NCBI GenBank assembly: GCA_963785305.1
Contig: CAWAUV010000004.1
Coordinates: 256,001-320,000, forward strand
Direction: 5' to 3'
Origin: an uncultured Planctomycetaceae bacterium
GTDB taxonomy: Bacteria > Planctomycetota > Planctomycetia > Pirellulales > PALSA-1355
DNA: 64,000 nucleotides
Translations under genes and position numbers: made by a program
Notes under the pieces: generated by a model
The model's input: only the letters and a program-made list of their open reading frames with translations
Told to the model about the DNA's origin: nothing
Databases searched by the model: none
Shown: positions 43,959 to 56,326 of the stretch, one piece after another
Position numbering within the stretch: the stretch's first letter is position 1
Layout of the letters: each line of letters starts with the position of its first letter

Positions 43959-45514
43959 ATGAATCCGTCGAATCATTGGAACGATCTGGCGTCGCAACTC
44001 GGCGCGGAGCCGCCGGCCGAGCCGGCGGCCGAGGAAACGCGCGCTCCGCGGATTTCGCCTCCGCCTTCCGCCGCGCCGCGGCAGCCGCGCTCCGCGGCTC
44101 CCCGCCCGCCGCGCGCCTCGACCAATTGGTCGGAGCTGGCGAGCGATCTGGGAATCGAGCCCTCGGCGGAAGACGCGTCTTCAACCGCCGGAGCTCCTCC
44201 GCAAACGGTTTCTCACCGCGCGAGCGACGACAGCGCGCCGACCTCGGGTTCGCGCGCGTCCCTTGGCGGCGAGCCTTCCATCGAAGCGTCGCCCGCGCCT
44301 TTGCCGCCCGAGCGGCCGGCGGCGCCCTACCGGCCCTCGTTCATGGAACCGGCCTATCGTCCTGATCCGGCTCGACTTCAGGCGGCGGCCGAGCGACAGG
44401 CAGCCGAGACGCGTCGCCGCGACGAACGCCGCCCGGCGCGAGACACGGAGCCGGGGGGCCCTCGACGCTCCGCCTCGGAAGCTCGCTCCGATCGCGCGAC
44501 GGGACGAGGCCCCGCCGAGGCGCGCGAAGCCGCGCCCGGCGGCCGCGAGTCGTGGCGGGACAATCCGCCCGACGAGCGCGACGAACTTTCGGATCCGCCA
44601 TCCGACGAATCAACGCATGTGCTGGGCGTCGAAGCCATGTTGGATGAGATCACCGATATCGAGATGGCCGATGGCGCCGAGTCCGATCGGCCCGCGGCCG
44701 AGGAGGGCGATTCCGATCGGCCCGCGCACCGTCGTCGGCGACGCGGCGGCCGCAACCGTCGCGGACGCCGCCCCGACGGGCGCGGCGAGAAGGGTTCGGA
44801 ACCGCGCTCGCGCCGAACCGGAGCGACCGGACCAGCCAACGCCGATTTCCCTCTAGACGATCAGGAACCTTCGGCCAGCGAAGAGGGAATCGACGAAGAA
44901 GATATCGGGATTGGTTATATTCGCTCCGATGCGGAGGGGGAATCGCCCGCCGGCTGGGACTCGGACAACCGTTCGCCCGACGATGTCCATGAAGCCGTCG
45001 AAGGCGATGGGTTTCGCGAGTCCGACGCCGAGCGTTCCCGCGGCGAGGATCGTCGCCCGGGCTCGCGCGAGCCTCGCCGCCGCCGCCGTCGTCGCTCGCG
45101 GTCGGGTGAAGGCCGCGGCGCCGGTCCCCACGCCGACGACGAGGGCCATTCCGAAGCAGATCATCGCGATGCTCCTGGCTCCGGCCGCGGTCGCCCCGAC
45201 GATCGATCCGGCGACGCGCAAGCCGCGCCATCGTCGACGATCTCGAGCATCACGATGATCACGACCTGCACGACGAGCATGACCTGCACGACGAGCATGA
45301 CGAGCATGACGACGAGGGTGGCTCGTTTGCAAAACATGGCCACAAGGGAATTCCCACTTGGGACGAAACCATTGGCCTGTTGATCGATGTGAATATGGAG
45401 TCGTGCGCGAAGACGCCGCGCGGCGGCAACCCGCGCGGACGCGGTGGACGCGGTCGCTCATCGCGTGGCGGCGGCGGATATCGGGGCGGCTCGGGACGCC
45501 CGCAGGGCTCGTGA
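43959..45514 (+). CDS. Low-complexity disordered protein (frameshifts near 45220-45400)
   Basis: HWNDLASQLG / NWSELASDLG repeats, RRRRRGGR tracts, His-Asp repeats, HKGIPTWDETIG and an RGG-rich tail. Confidence 0.65.
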
Positions 45515-45533
45515 GCCGATCGCGAGGTTTCGC

Positions 45534-47378
45534 GTGACCGACGCGCCGCGAGAACGAACCGAGCCCGGCGCCAGGCACGCCGCGAGTTATCGCGAGATGG
45601 TCCAATCGCTCCGAGGGCAATTTATCTTGCCCTCCGGCGGTGACATTGCCGGCAGACATCTCTTGCCCGAAGCCGGGGCGCCCGCGGAGTTCGTCGCCCA
45701 GCTCTCGCGAATGCTGGAAATTTGGAGCGCGGCGCCGACGCACGGCCCTTGGCATGGCGCGGCGCCGGCGCTCGTTGGCGCCGGGCCGGAACGCGATGTT
45801 GCGCGGGCCGCCCCGGCGAAATTGCCACTCGAAGGCTTGCCGCCCGACGAGGTCGCCAGTCGGCTGGTCGCCGCGCTCAAGGGATTGCCGCTCTGGAGTC
45901 ATCCGCTGGCGCAGATCAATGTGGCGCCCGCCCCGACCATCGCCAGTCAACTCGCGGCCACGCTCGCGCTGCTGGCAAATCCGAATCTCGTGAGCGGCGC
46001 CAACGCGGGGGCCGTCGCCGCGGTGGAAGCGCGGGTGGCGGCAATGACGGCCGAGCTCCTGGGCTTCGACCCCGCCCAGGCCGGGGGCCTATTCACTTTC
46101 GGAGGCGCCGGCGGAATCTTCTATGGCCTTAGGCTTGGCCTGGAAAAGGCGCTGCCCGGTTCGATGGATCAAGGGCTCCGCTCGAACGAAGCCGTCGTCA
46201 TCGCCTCGGCGCATGCACATGCTTCGGTGGCCAAAGCCGCCGCTTGGCTGGGCATCGGTCGCGAGCAGGTGGTATATGCGCCGCCCGGCGCCGGCGCGGC
46301 GGCGATTGAAGCCGTCGCGCCGCGCGATTGGCCGCCGGCAGCGCATTGCCGCCATCGTCGCCACGATGGGATCGACCGACGCCTTTGAGCTCGATGATCT
46401 CGCCGCCATCGCCGCGACGCGCGATCGCTTGGCTCGCGACTGCGAGCTCGACTATCGCCCGCATCTCCATGCCGACGCCGTGATCGGCTGGGCTTGGTCG
46501 GTGTTCAATGACTACGACTTCGATTCGAATCCGCTCGGCTTTGGCGATTCGACTCGCGCCGCGCTCGCCATGATTCGCGGCCGAATTCGGCATCTCGATC
46601 GGGCCGACACGGTGGGAGTCGATTTTCATAAGACCGGCTACACGCCTTATGTGTCTTCGCTGATTCTCGCGTGCGATGGGCGCGACTTCATGTCGCTGGC
46701 CGATCGATCGCCCGCCGACGCGATCGCCACACCCTATGCCTGCGGTTACGATGGTCGCGATTCCATGGACAATAACTTCGAGCGTGGCGACTCCGGCCGT
46801 TTCACCTTGGAAACCAGTCGCTCCGGCGCCGGCCCCCTCGCGGCGCTGGCGAATTTGCTGTTACTCGGCCGCGATGGCCTGCGGGCACTCCTCGGGCACA
46901 CTGTCGAGATGAGCGAACGCCTTCGCGCGGACTGGCCGACGAGCCCAATATCGTGATTTTGAATTGGGCGTGTCCCGGCCCGGCGACGCTTCTAAGAATG
47001 TACCCCGACGACGAATGCCGCCAGCGCGAAGCGGACCGCGATCGGGCGGCGAATCATGTCGATCCGGCGTCGATTGCCGCGCGAGAAGAGGCGGCGGTCG
47101 ATGCGTTCAATGCCCGCGTGTTCAACCGACTGCGCGAGCGGGCCGCCTTGGGACATGGCGCGGCGCTTTCGCTCACGCGCGCCCTGGTCGAGCCGCCGGG
47201 CCGCTTGCGACTGGCGATACGTGGCTTCATGCTTTCGCCGCTGATCGAACCGCGGCACATCGACGCAACCCTCGCCGAACTCCGCGCCGCGCGTCCATGC
47301 GGCGGGGAGCCATTAGGCGGTTCCACCAGCGGCGGTCAATCGTCGGGTGGGTCGTCGCCGATCACGGCCGAGCGTTGA
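45534..47378 (+). CDS. PLP-dependent (group II) amino-acid decarboxylase (frameshifts near 46320, 46945)
   Basis: FTFGGAGG, HAHASV, TMGSTD, HADAVIG, VDFHKTGY and TLETSR. Confidence 0.82.
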
Positions 47379-48054
47379 TGCAACACTCGGTCGAGCTTCT
47401 TCCATTTGAAATAGAGTCCCAAGATATTCTCGTAGCTCTTGATCACATTGTGGTGATTGTCGACCGCTTGCAGATCTCCGCCGCCGAACGTGAGCAGTGT
47501 TTCGAGCAGGTCGCGATAGCGGGTGCGAAACCTCAGCCCGGTTCGATCGGTAAGCTCGTTGCCCTCGCCAAAATGAAACTCCGCGATCTCGTTCGGCGTG
47601 AACCGCTTGCGGCGGTAGAGCGCCATGTCGATCAGCGAACCGATCCAGGGAAAGAGCAATATCCAACTCAGCACCAGCACGCTGCCGGGATCGAGGACCG
47701 GATGCAGGCTCGTCAGATATCGGGCCACGATTCCCAGCACCGCGATATTATGCAAATGCTCGATATAGGCCGACGCTAGGAACAAGAGAAGAAAGATGCC
47801 CATCCAGAGCGCGAGCTTGCGGGTATTGAAGTCGGAAACCAGGGCGAAAATCAGGTATACGAGCACGCCCAGATAGAGCCATCCGAGCGGCCGGGCCAAA
47901 TCGGGAACGCGCGAGCGAGCGGCCCGGCCACGAAGCCGGCCAAGATCACGATCCAGAGAAAGAAACTCGGATTGGCCGAGAACACCGTCACGCCATCGCT
48001 GGCCGACGCGCGAGCCCGGCCCGCGCGTGATTCCGACTCGATTTTGTCGCTCAT
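47336..48054 (-). CDS. Hypothetical membrane protein (frameshift near 47920)
   Basis: Several TM segments plus a soluble C-terminus (FTPNEIAEFHFGEG...LLTFGGGDL). Confidence 0.7.
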
Positions 48055-48068
48055 GGTGCAATATCCCG

Positions 48069-49603
48069 TCAGCGATCGAGCGCCGCGATGCGTTTGAAAT
48101 CATCGCGCAGCGAACGATATAGCGATTGATAGACCGGAAACGCGGCGTCGTAGTATTTCTTGGCCTTGGCCTCGACCGGTGTTTGCTTCACGACTTTGAT
48201 CGTGGCGGCGCAGGCTTCTTGGATATTCTTGAAAGCCCCGGCCCCGACCGCGGCCAAGAGCGCGGCGCCATAGGCCGGACCTTCCTCGGCATTGATCGTG
48301 GCGAGCTTCTGACCAAAGACGTTGGCTTGAATCTGTCGCCACTCGGGACTCCGCGATCCGCCGCCCGAGCCGCGAATCTGCTTGACCGGCACCCCGCAAG
48401 CCTCGATCAGCGCCAGAGCTATCGCGCATCGCGAAGCTCACGCCTTCCATGATCGCTCGGGTCATGTGCCCGCGGGTATGGGCCAACGTGAGCCCGATAA
48501 AGCAGGCCCTCGCCAGCGGATCGACATGCGGCGTGCGTTCGCCCGAGAGATAGGGCAAGAAAAAGAGTCCTTCGGCGCCGACCGGCGTGGCGGCCGCCTC
48601 GCGACTGAGCAGGGTGTAGGGATCGACCTTGGTTTTCTTGGCGGCCGCGATCTCGGCTTGGCAGAGTCGATTGCGAAACCACTGCAAGCAACCGCCGCCC
48701 GAGAGGCTCACGCCCATCATATGCCACATGCCGCGCACGGCATGGCAGAAGGTGTGCAATCGCCCCTGGGGATCGAACTGCATTTCATCGCTATGCACGA
48801 ACATCACGCCCGAGGTCCCAATCGAGGTGGAGAGCGTGCCGCGGGTGACGACGCCATTACCCACCGCTCCAGCCGCGCAGTCGCCCGCGCCGCCCACGAC
48901 CACGCAATCCGTCGAGAGGCCCAGTTCGCTGGCCGCCGCTCGCGTAAGCGCGCCGGTCACGTCTTCCGACTCATGGCATTTGCCGAGCAGGCCGCGATCG
49001 AGCTCCAACTTGCCGAGCAATTCGTCCGACCAATCGCGCTTTGGCCACATCGAGCAGCAACATGCCGCTGGCGTCGCTCACATCGGTGGCGTATTCGCCC
49101 GTGAGGCGGCGGCGCACATCGTCTTTGGGCAGCAGCACTCGAACCGTGCGGGCAAACGCCTTCGGCTCGTGGTTTCTGAGCCACAAGATTTTCGGCGCCG
49201 TGAAACCCGTGAGCGCCGGATTGGCCACCATGCGGATCAATTCCGCGCGGCCGCCGGCCCGTCGCTCGATCTCGTCGCATTCGGCGGCGGTGCGCTGATC
49301 GTTCCAGAGCAGCGCGCGGCGAACGACTTTGTCTTTCTTGTCGAGAAACACCGAACCATGCATCTGGCCCGAAAGGCCGATCGCGCGCACATCGCCGCTC
49401 TTAAGCCGCGCCTTTTTCATCACCTGCCGCACGGTGCGGATCGTCGCATGCCACCAGTCTTCCGGGTCCTGCTCGGCCCACAGTGGCCGGGGATGGTAGA
49501 GAGGATAGGGCGCGATGGCCTCGGCCAAAATCGCGCCTTTCGGGTCGATGGCCAGGGTCTTGGTGGCCGAGGTGCCGATATCAATGCCAAGAAAAATGCT
49601 CAT
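48069..49603 (-). CDS. xylB: Xylulokinase, FGGY family (frameshifts near 49050, 48410)
   Basis: [45 protein letters not shown] and SGGGSRS. Confidence 0.92.
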
Positions 49604-50128
49604 GGGTGGCCGTACTCAAGGGGGGGGGTGTGGCGATCCGGCGAAGAGGCTCGCGATGTCGCGAATGGAAACGGATCGGCCGGATTGTAACTGCTAGCGC
49701 GGCAAGCAGCAAACCGAACAGATTGGCGGTGTCCGGAAATCGGGGTCGTTTTTGGGCATGTGGAACATAAAATGCTGATGACAAATTGTTGGTCAATGTC
49801 GTGGCTGCGCTTTCGCCCCTTTTGCTGGTCGATTGCCGCTTCTCGACCCCGCCTCGTCCCAAACACAAGCGATTCGCAACGATTTGTGAACAGCACGTGT
49901 CAAATCGCGTGGTTCCGTATCGCACAGTGTGAACGCGCAGTGTTCAGGGGGCATAATGCCGCCAGGTGGTACATGTATAGCGCGCAAACGATTTTGTGGA
50001 TGTTCGCCGTTCGGAGAATTTAGGGCGACCCTTCCATCGGCCAGTAAGGCGCCCCTTCCATCGGTCGGTAATGTGTGCGCGACGAACCGCGATTGTCGAT
50101 TCCTGTCACCACGAGTATTCGGCCTTCC

Positions 50129-51650
50129 ATGACTCTCGGCAATCTCGGTAATGGGGCATTCCATGCAATTGGCGTCGCTTCGCGCGCGCCGGCTGTCGAT
50201 TGGGGGTTCTTCACCACCGATCGAGACCTGCGAATCACCGCTTGGAGCGAATTCCTCGAACTGCGCCACAGGTCAGTCGGCCGGCGACATGGTCGGGCGA
50301 CTCCTGCTCGACACCGTTCCCGAAGACGCCCGGCGGCCATTGAATGTCATCTACAGTCGGGCCATCGAGGGCCGCGGCGCCGATGTCGCGGGCGAGCTGG
50401 CCATCAACTATCCCGTATCGGCGAGCGAGCCATCGCTGGCTTGGGCTCGCGCCGTGCGCGGGTCACGCCCTGGATCGACAAAGGCCGAGTCGCCGGCACG
50501 CTGACGGTGGTCGAATGTCATTCGGCCGCCGACAAGCAGCGCGCCGCTGACGAGCGGAGCAAAAACGAATTCCTCGCGATGCTCGCGCATGAGCTACGCA
50601 ACCCGCTGGCCCCGATTCTCTGTGGGGTCGAACTCCTGCGCATGGCGCGCGGCGCCGACCGCGAAAGCCTCCTCGCGGTCGACATCATCGAACGTCAAAC
50701 CCATCTCATGACCCGCTTGGTCGATGATCTGCTCGATGTGGCCCGGGTTACCCATCGCACGATCAAGCTTCGCCTCGAGGCGCTCGATCTTTCCGACGTG
50801 ATCGCCAAGGCGATCGAGATCGGCCGGCCCTTGATCGACGCTCGCGAGCAGTTGCTCGACATCGACATCGTGCCCTTGCCGCTCGCGGTGCGCGGCGACG
50901 CCATGCGGCTGGCGCAAGTGGTCGCCAACCTGCTCAACAACGCGGCGAAATACACCCCCGAACACGGCCAGATCGCCGTCGCGGCGCGGCGCGATCGCAA
51001 TTGGGCCGTGGTCACGGTGAGCGACACCGGCATGGGCATTCCGGCCGCCATGCTCGACAAGGTGTTCGACCTCTTTACCCAGGTCGACCCCTCGCTCGAC
51101 CGCTCGCTCGGCGGCCTGGGTTTGGGGCTGACCATCGCGCGCAGTCTGGTGGAAATGCACGGCGGTATGATCACGGCCCGCAGCGCCGGCCCCGGCCAAG
51201 GCAGTGAGTTCGAGATTCGCTTGCCGCTCGTCGATGAGTCCGCGCTGGCCACGACTCCCGCGGTGGCCTCGACCGCGGCGCTCGGCGACAAGCCGCGGCG
51301 GGTGTTGGTGGTTGATGACAATGCCGATGGCGCGAAACTTTTGGGCCTGTTGCTCGAGTCGTTGGGCCACGAAGCGCGACTGGCGTTCGATGGCCCGGCG
51401 GCGCTCGAAGTCGCCCGAGCATGGCGGCCCGATCTGGTGCTGCTCGACTTGGGCCTGCCGGAGATGGACGGCTTCGAGGTGGCCCGTGCGCATGCGGCAA
51501 ACGCCTTCGCTCGCCGGCCTGCCGCTCGTGGCCTTGACCGGCTACGGAGGCGACGACGACCGCCAACGCTCGGCTGCGGCCGGTTTCGACCGCCATCTCG
51601 TGAAACCGGTGCTCCTCGACACGCTCCGCGGCCTATTCGCGACGCAATAG
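50129..51650 (+). CDS. Hybrid sensor histidine kinase (PAS-HisKA-HATPase-REC; frameshifts near 50265, 50450, 51490)
   Basis: AHELRNPL, NLLNNAAKY, DTGMG, GLGLGL, VVDDN, LLDLGLP and HLVKP. Confidence 0.88.
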
Positions 51651-51691
51651 AGAAATCAGCCACGCGGGTGAGGCCCGAGAAGCCGCCTCAT

Positions 51692-51794
51692 TCCGTGTCC
51701 TTTCCGTGTTCTTCCGTGGCTGAATTTCTCCTCGGTCCTCGTTCGTTGATGCATTCAAGAAATCAGCCTCGGAAGAACACGGAAGAAACACGGA
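51692..51794. repeat. Long imperfect inverted repeat between convergent genes
   Basis: TCCGTGTCCTTTCCGTGTTCTTCCGTGGCTGAATTTCT pairs with AGAAATCAGCCTCGGAAGAACACGGAAGAAACACGGA. Confidence 0.7.
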
Positions 51795-51886
51795 CCGGAG
51801 CTTGCCCATTGACGAGCGACTGGGCGGCATGCCCACGCAAGCGTGGGCATGGGCGCGCGGCACACGGCAAAGCGCGATCAAGCGCC

Positions 51887-52909
51887 TTACGGCTTGAGCA
51901 CCGCTTTCACGATTTGGCCGGAGTGCATCTGCTCGAAGGCTTCGTGCCAATCGGCCAGCGGCCACACGCCGCCGATGATCTTCGACACATCGAGAGCCCC
52001 GGTCGAGAGCAGCCGCAGCACGCGCTCCCAGATCGGCCAGTTGTGGCTGAAGCTGCCGGCCAAGGTCACGTTTTTCTGCACCAGCGGGTCGAGCGAAAAT
52101 CCGAGCGGCGCCCGGCCCCAGCCTACTTTGCTGATCCAGCCATTGGGCCGCACGATATCCATCGCCGTTTTGAGCGCGGCCGAAATACCCACCGCGTCGA
52201 CCACGCCATCGACTCCCAGTCCATCGACCGCGCGGGCCCAGTCGTCGAGCCCGTCGACAATCGGTTCGCAGCCGAAAGCCGTCGCCACTTGGAGCCGACC
52301 GCGATCGCGTTCCAGGCCCACGACCGCCACCTCGGCCCCTTGCAGCCGGGCCATCGCCGCGCACAAGAGGCCGATCGGTCCCGGCCCTAGCACCACGATC
52401 CGATCGCCGGGCCGCACATGTCCGTGCATCACAACAGCGTTGTAGGCCACGCAACAGGGCTCGGTGAGCCCGGCCTTTTCGAACGCGAGCGAATCGGGCA
52501 CGCGATGCAAACACCGAGCCGGCACTCGCACATAGCGCGTCATCGCGCCATCGACTCCGTAGCCAAAGCCCTTGCGCGTGGGGTCGAGATTGTAAAGTCC
52601 TTGACGCGAGAACGGGCTATCGGGATCGATCACGGCGGCGGTTTCGCTTACGGCCCGGTCGCCGGCTTTCCAGCGCGTGACACGATCCCCCACATCGGCC
52701 ACGACTCCGGCGAATTCGTGGCCCAGCACCACCGGATAATTCACCGGCCAGCTATGTTCGGCGGTCCACTGATGCAAGTCGCTGCCGCAAACACCCACGG
52801 CGGCCACTTCCAAGAGCACATCCTCGGGCCCGATCGTAGGCCGCGGAATATCGCGCAGCTCGACAGCATGTTTCTTGTTTTCGTAGTTGACGACAGCGGC
52901 TTGACTCAT
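51887..52909 (-). CDS. Zinc-binding medium-chain alcohol/sugar dehydrogenase
   Basis: GVCGSDLH, LGHEFAG and GPGPIG. Confidence 0.93.
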   Translation of the reverse strand: MSQAAVVNYENKKHAVELRDIPRPTIGPEDVLLEVAAVGVCGSDLHQWTAEHSWPVNYPVVLGHEFAGVVADVGDRVTRWKAGDRAVSETAAVIDPDSPFSRQGLYNLDPTRKGFGYGVDGAMTRYVRVPARCLHRVPDSLAFEKAGLTEPCCVAYNAVVMHGHVRPGDRIVVLGPGPIGLLCAAMARLQGAEVAVVGLERDRGRLQVATAFGCEPIVDGLDDWARAVDGLGVDGVVDAVGISAALKTAMDIVRPNGWISKVGWGRAPLGFSLDPLVQKNVTLAGSFSHNWPIWERVLRLLSTGALDVSKIIGGVWPLADWHEAFEQMHSGQIVKAVLKP

Positions 52910-53115
52910 GGGAGCGGCGATCCTGAACGAAAAAGGGAGGAGTTAGGAATCAACTTCCGCCAGGATTACCTCCTGATGGTCGCGCACAAATGCAAAATGC
53001 GGTCCTGGAGTCGAATGCTGAACCGCTCGAAGATCGTTCGCGAGCCCCGGCGGACTGCCCCGACGCGTGCCGTACAGAGGCCGAATGAAGCAACTTTTCG
53101 GGATATGCAACGACG

Positions 53116-55425
53116 ATCTACCCCGACGCCGCCGATTCGCTCGACAATGTCACTTACACGTATAATCGCCAGGGCCAACGCACGACCAAGACCGATCAAA
53201 ACGGCTCGGTTCACGCCTACGGTTACGACGTTTTAGGCCGCCAAACCGCCGACAGCATCACGACGCTGGCGGCCGGCGTGGATTCAAGCGTGCAACGCAT
53301 AGGCGTGAGCTACGAGATTCACGGCCAAGTCTACCAGATCACCAGCTACGGCGATTCGGCGGGATCCAGCGTCGTCAACCAAGTGCAAAACGTCTATAAT
53401 GCCTTCCAGCAGTTGGCCACGCAGTACCAAGAACACGGTGGCGCCGTGAACACCTCGACCACGCCCAGCGTCCAGTACGGCTACGCCGACGGTTCGGCGA
53501 ACACCATTCGGCCAGTCAGCTTGACGTATCCCAACGGCCGCGTGGTGAACACGATCTACAATAGCGGCGACGACGACGCTCTGTCGCGCGTCAGCGGTTT
53601 GGGCGACAGTTCTTATTCGCCACTCGTCGAGTACACGTACTTGGGCTTGGGCTCGTTTGTGCAACTCACCTATCCACAGCCGGGCGTCACGTGGACGCTG
53701 ATCACCGGCGCCGGCATCGATCCGTACGGCGGTCTCGACCAGTTCGGCCGCGTCGTGAATAACCTCTGGGAGAATTCGAGCGGCGCGGCGCTCGATGAGA
53801 TTCAATACACCTACGACCAGGCCAGCAACCGCACCAGCCGGAAGAACGTCGTCGCCGAATCCCTCGGCGCCGAGTTCGATGAGCTCTACGGCTACGATGG
53901 CATGCAGCGCTTGAAGAGTTTCAACCGCGGAACACTGGTCGAAGCCGGCGGCCAACTCTCGGCGCTCAGCCTGCGTCAGAACTGGCAACTCGACGCCACG
54001 GGCAACTGGACCGGCTTCCAAAACTTCGACCAAACCGGCGCCACGCCCGCTTTGGATCAGCAACGCACCAGCGATACGTTTAACGAAATTACGGATATCA
54101 CAGCGACCGTCGGCGCCACTTGGATCACGCCCGAGTACGACCGCAACGGCAACATGATCGTCATGCCCCAGCCGGCCGCTCCGACGAGCAGCTTCACGGC
54201 GACATTCGACGCCTGGAATCGGCTGATTTCGCTGTCGTTGCCCAACGGAGCGTCGGCGGCCCAGTACGCTTACGATGGCCAAAACCGGCAAATCTACAGT
54301 TCGAACTACGCGTTCACGGTGTTTAACTATTACTACAGTGCGAGCTGGCAACTGTTGGAACAGCAAGGAAGCGGCCCAGGCAACCTGACATCCTATCAAT
54401 TCGTGTGGGGCCTTCGCTACATCGACGACTTGATCCTACGGGACACGCTCGAATTAACGATCGATCCTCCGCGATACTACGCCCTCCAAGACGCCAACTG
54501 GAACATGGACGCCGTGGTCGACACGAGCGGCGCAGTGCAGGAACGCTATTCCTATACAGCCTATGGCGTTGTTACATTCCTCGACGCTGACTTCGGTCCC
54601 ATTGCAAATTCGAATTACGGCTGGGAAATCCTATACGCCGGCTACCGCCAGGACGACGTCACCCGCCTCTACCTCGCCAGGAACAGATGGCTGGATCCGC
54701 CGCTGGGGGTGTGGATCACGAGGGATCCGATCGGGTTTGCGAGTGGGGATAAGAATCCGTATCGGCATGTCGAAAACCGCCCATTGTCACTATTAGACCC
54801 ATCCGGCCAAGCGACGTTCGGTTCGGGTTGTTCCGCCGCCGAAAAGGCAGGACTTACACAACTTGTCGAAGCAATTATCAATGCAAATGCAAATGGCAAC
54901 GGCAGATGCTTTTTGGATGAGGAAAAAGAAAGGCCTTGCCGCTCACAGCTTTCCCAAGGGCTAACAGACACATTAAACAGTATCGCGATTGATTGCAGCA
55001 ATTGCACTATGCATGCCACAGAGCGGCGCGGATATGTCCCTGATGGTGACGAATGCGTAAAAATGAAAAACGCCGGCCGTAGGGGTGGCGTTTTAGGTAC
55101 ATGTTGCGCCCCATCGCCCGGCTTGGCCGCAGATTCGACCTGTAATTCGTGTCCTGCAGAGTTGCTGAAACATTCGACTATCGTTCTTTGTCGGTCTACT
55201 GGACAAGTCCAAGGCTCTCTGCCAGCCAGTGGGCAGAGGATCGACTGGGATTCGTTCGTGCGCACCAAAGCAGGCGTCGACTTGGCGCGAACGCTTATTC
55301 ATGAAGCCATGCATCTTTTGGTTGGTTCGCATGCTGGCAAATCCACGGCCCGTCCAATTACCGATTGTTGTAAGCGACCCGATGCGGCGGTTGCGGCAAG
55401 CTCTTTCATTCGCAATTGTTTTTGA
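53116..55425 (+). CDS. Orphan RHS module 1 with Cys-rich HExxH C-terminal tip (no ATG start)
   Basis: YD repeats, ERYSYTAYG and RDPIG...NPYRHVENRPLSLLDPSG core end, followed by a tip containing IHEAMH. In-frame TGA at 53086. Confidence 0.9.
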   Translation: MYPDAADSLDNVTYTYNRQGQRTTKTDQNGSVHAYGYDVLGRQTADSITTLAAGVDSSVQRIGVSYEIHGQVYQITSYGDSAGSSVVNQVQNVYNAFQQLATQYQEHGGAVNTSTTPSVQYGYADGSANTIRPVSLTYPNGRVVNTIYNSGDDDALSRVSGLGDSSYSPLVEYTYLGLGSFVQLTYPQPGVTWTLITGAGIDPYGGLDQFGRVVNNLWENSSGAALDEIQYTYDQASNRTSRKNVVAESLGAEFDELYGYDGMQRLKSFNRGTLVEAGGQLSALSLRQNWQLDATGNWTGFQNFDQTGATPALDQQRTSDTFNEITDITATVGATWITPEYDRNGNMIVMPQPAAPTSSFTATFDAWNRLISLSLPNGASAAQYAYDGQNRQIYSSNYAFTVFNYYYSASWQLLEQQGSGPGNLTSYQFVWGLRYIDDLILRDTLELTIDPPRYYALQDANWNMDAVVDTSGAVQERYSYTAYGVVTFLDADFGPIANSNYGWEILYAGYRQDDVTRLYLARNRWLDPPLGVWITRDPIGFASGDKNPYRHVENRPLSLLDPSGQATFGSGCSAAEKAGLTQLVEAIINANANGNGRCFLDEEKERPCRSQLSQGLTDTLNSIAIDCSNCTMHATERRGYVPDGDECVKMKNAGRRGGVLGTCCAPSPGLAADSTCNSCPAELLKHSTIVLCRSTGQVQGSLPASGQRIDWDSFVRTKAGVDLARTLIHEAMHLLVGSHAGKSTARPITDCCKRPDAAVAASSFIRNCF

Positions 55426-55496
55426 CTTTCGTTCTTTCTACTTGAAGAAATACTGTTGTGACGACGCTGCAACAACGATAAGCCTGAATAGATTCC

Positions 55497-56195
55497 ATGC
55501 TTTTTCGCAATAAAGTTACTCTCGAAAAACCACGGCAATTTACGCTGCGAACAGTAGTGCTATCGATTATCGCGGTTGGACTTGCCTGTAGAATCGCGAG
55601 CAAACGGTATGAAATCACATGCTACAAAACAATGATGGATCACGCGCACTTTTCATATACACCGCGTTCTCTGGCACCACAGCCAAAGTGGCGCGAATGG
55701 CTTTTCGGCGACGACGCGTTCCATTACGCGGGCTGCATTTATGCGGATGAATACAAGATAACTGACAAAGCCTTATCGCTCCTCGCCGAATTGAAGGAAC
55801 TAAAGACGCTCGGGCTCCGTAACACAAACATCCGGGGCACAGGACTTGCATTTCTGTCTGATTTACCGTTACTCGAGCACTTGGACTTGTCAGGAACACC
55901 GATAACCGACAACGGATTAAGCTATATAGGCGAGCTTACTCGCCTAAGGGACCTCGAACTATCGGGAACTGGAATTACGAACGACGGATTGGGAAATTTA
56001 ACAAAATTGTCGCATTTAAAATCCCTCACTCTCGCCGAAACAAAGATCAACGATGCCGGGCTGTCGCATCTCCGGGTACTCTTGGATTTAGAATACCTCG
56101 ATCTAACTGCCACGGATATCACAGCAAATGGCGTGGATGATCTTAGAAAGCACATTCCAAAGTGCATTATCTTTAATTCTCTCGGATCTGATTAG
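55497..56195 (+). CDS. Membrane-anchored LRR protein, putative immunity 1
   Basis: RQFTLRTVVLSIIAVGLAC anchor and several LxxLxLxGTxITDxGL repeats. Low GC. Confidence 0.85.
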   Translation: MLFRNKVTLEKPRQFTLRTVVLSIIAVGLACRIASKRYEITCYKTMMDHAHFSYTPRSLAPQPKWREWLFGDDAFHYAGCIYADEYKITDKALSLLAELKELKTLGLRNTNIRGTGLAFLSDLPLLEHLDLSGTPITDNGLSYIGELTRLRDLELSGTGITNDGLGNLTKLSHLKSLTLAETKINDAGLSHLRVLLDLEYLDLTATDITANGVDDLRKHIPKCIIFNSLGSD

Positions 56196-56326
56196 GATTT
56201 GCAAGATGCAACGTTGTCGGTTGGCAAGGATTCAGAGCCTATCCGATTACCGAAGTCGTACGCATTGGCACGCCACGTGCAAACTGAGGGGCAGGTCCCT
56301 TTGAAATGCATGAAGGTTTGTGCGAT

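Noticed and set aside
50075..52390. 771-aa histidine kinase ORF
   Set aside because: After about 51490 it is out of frame and runs antisense through the dehydrogenase. The real end is 51650.
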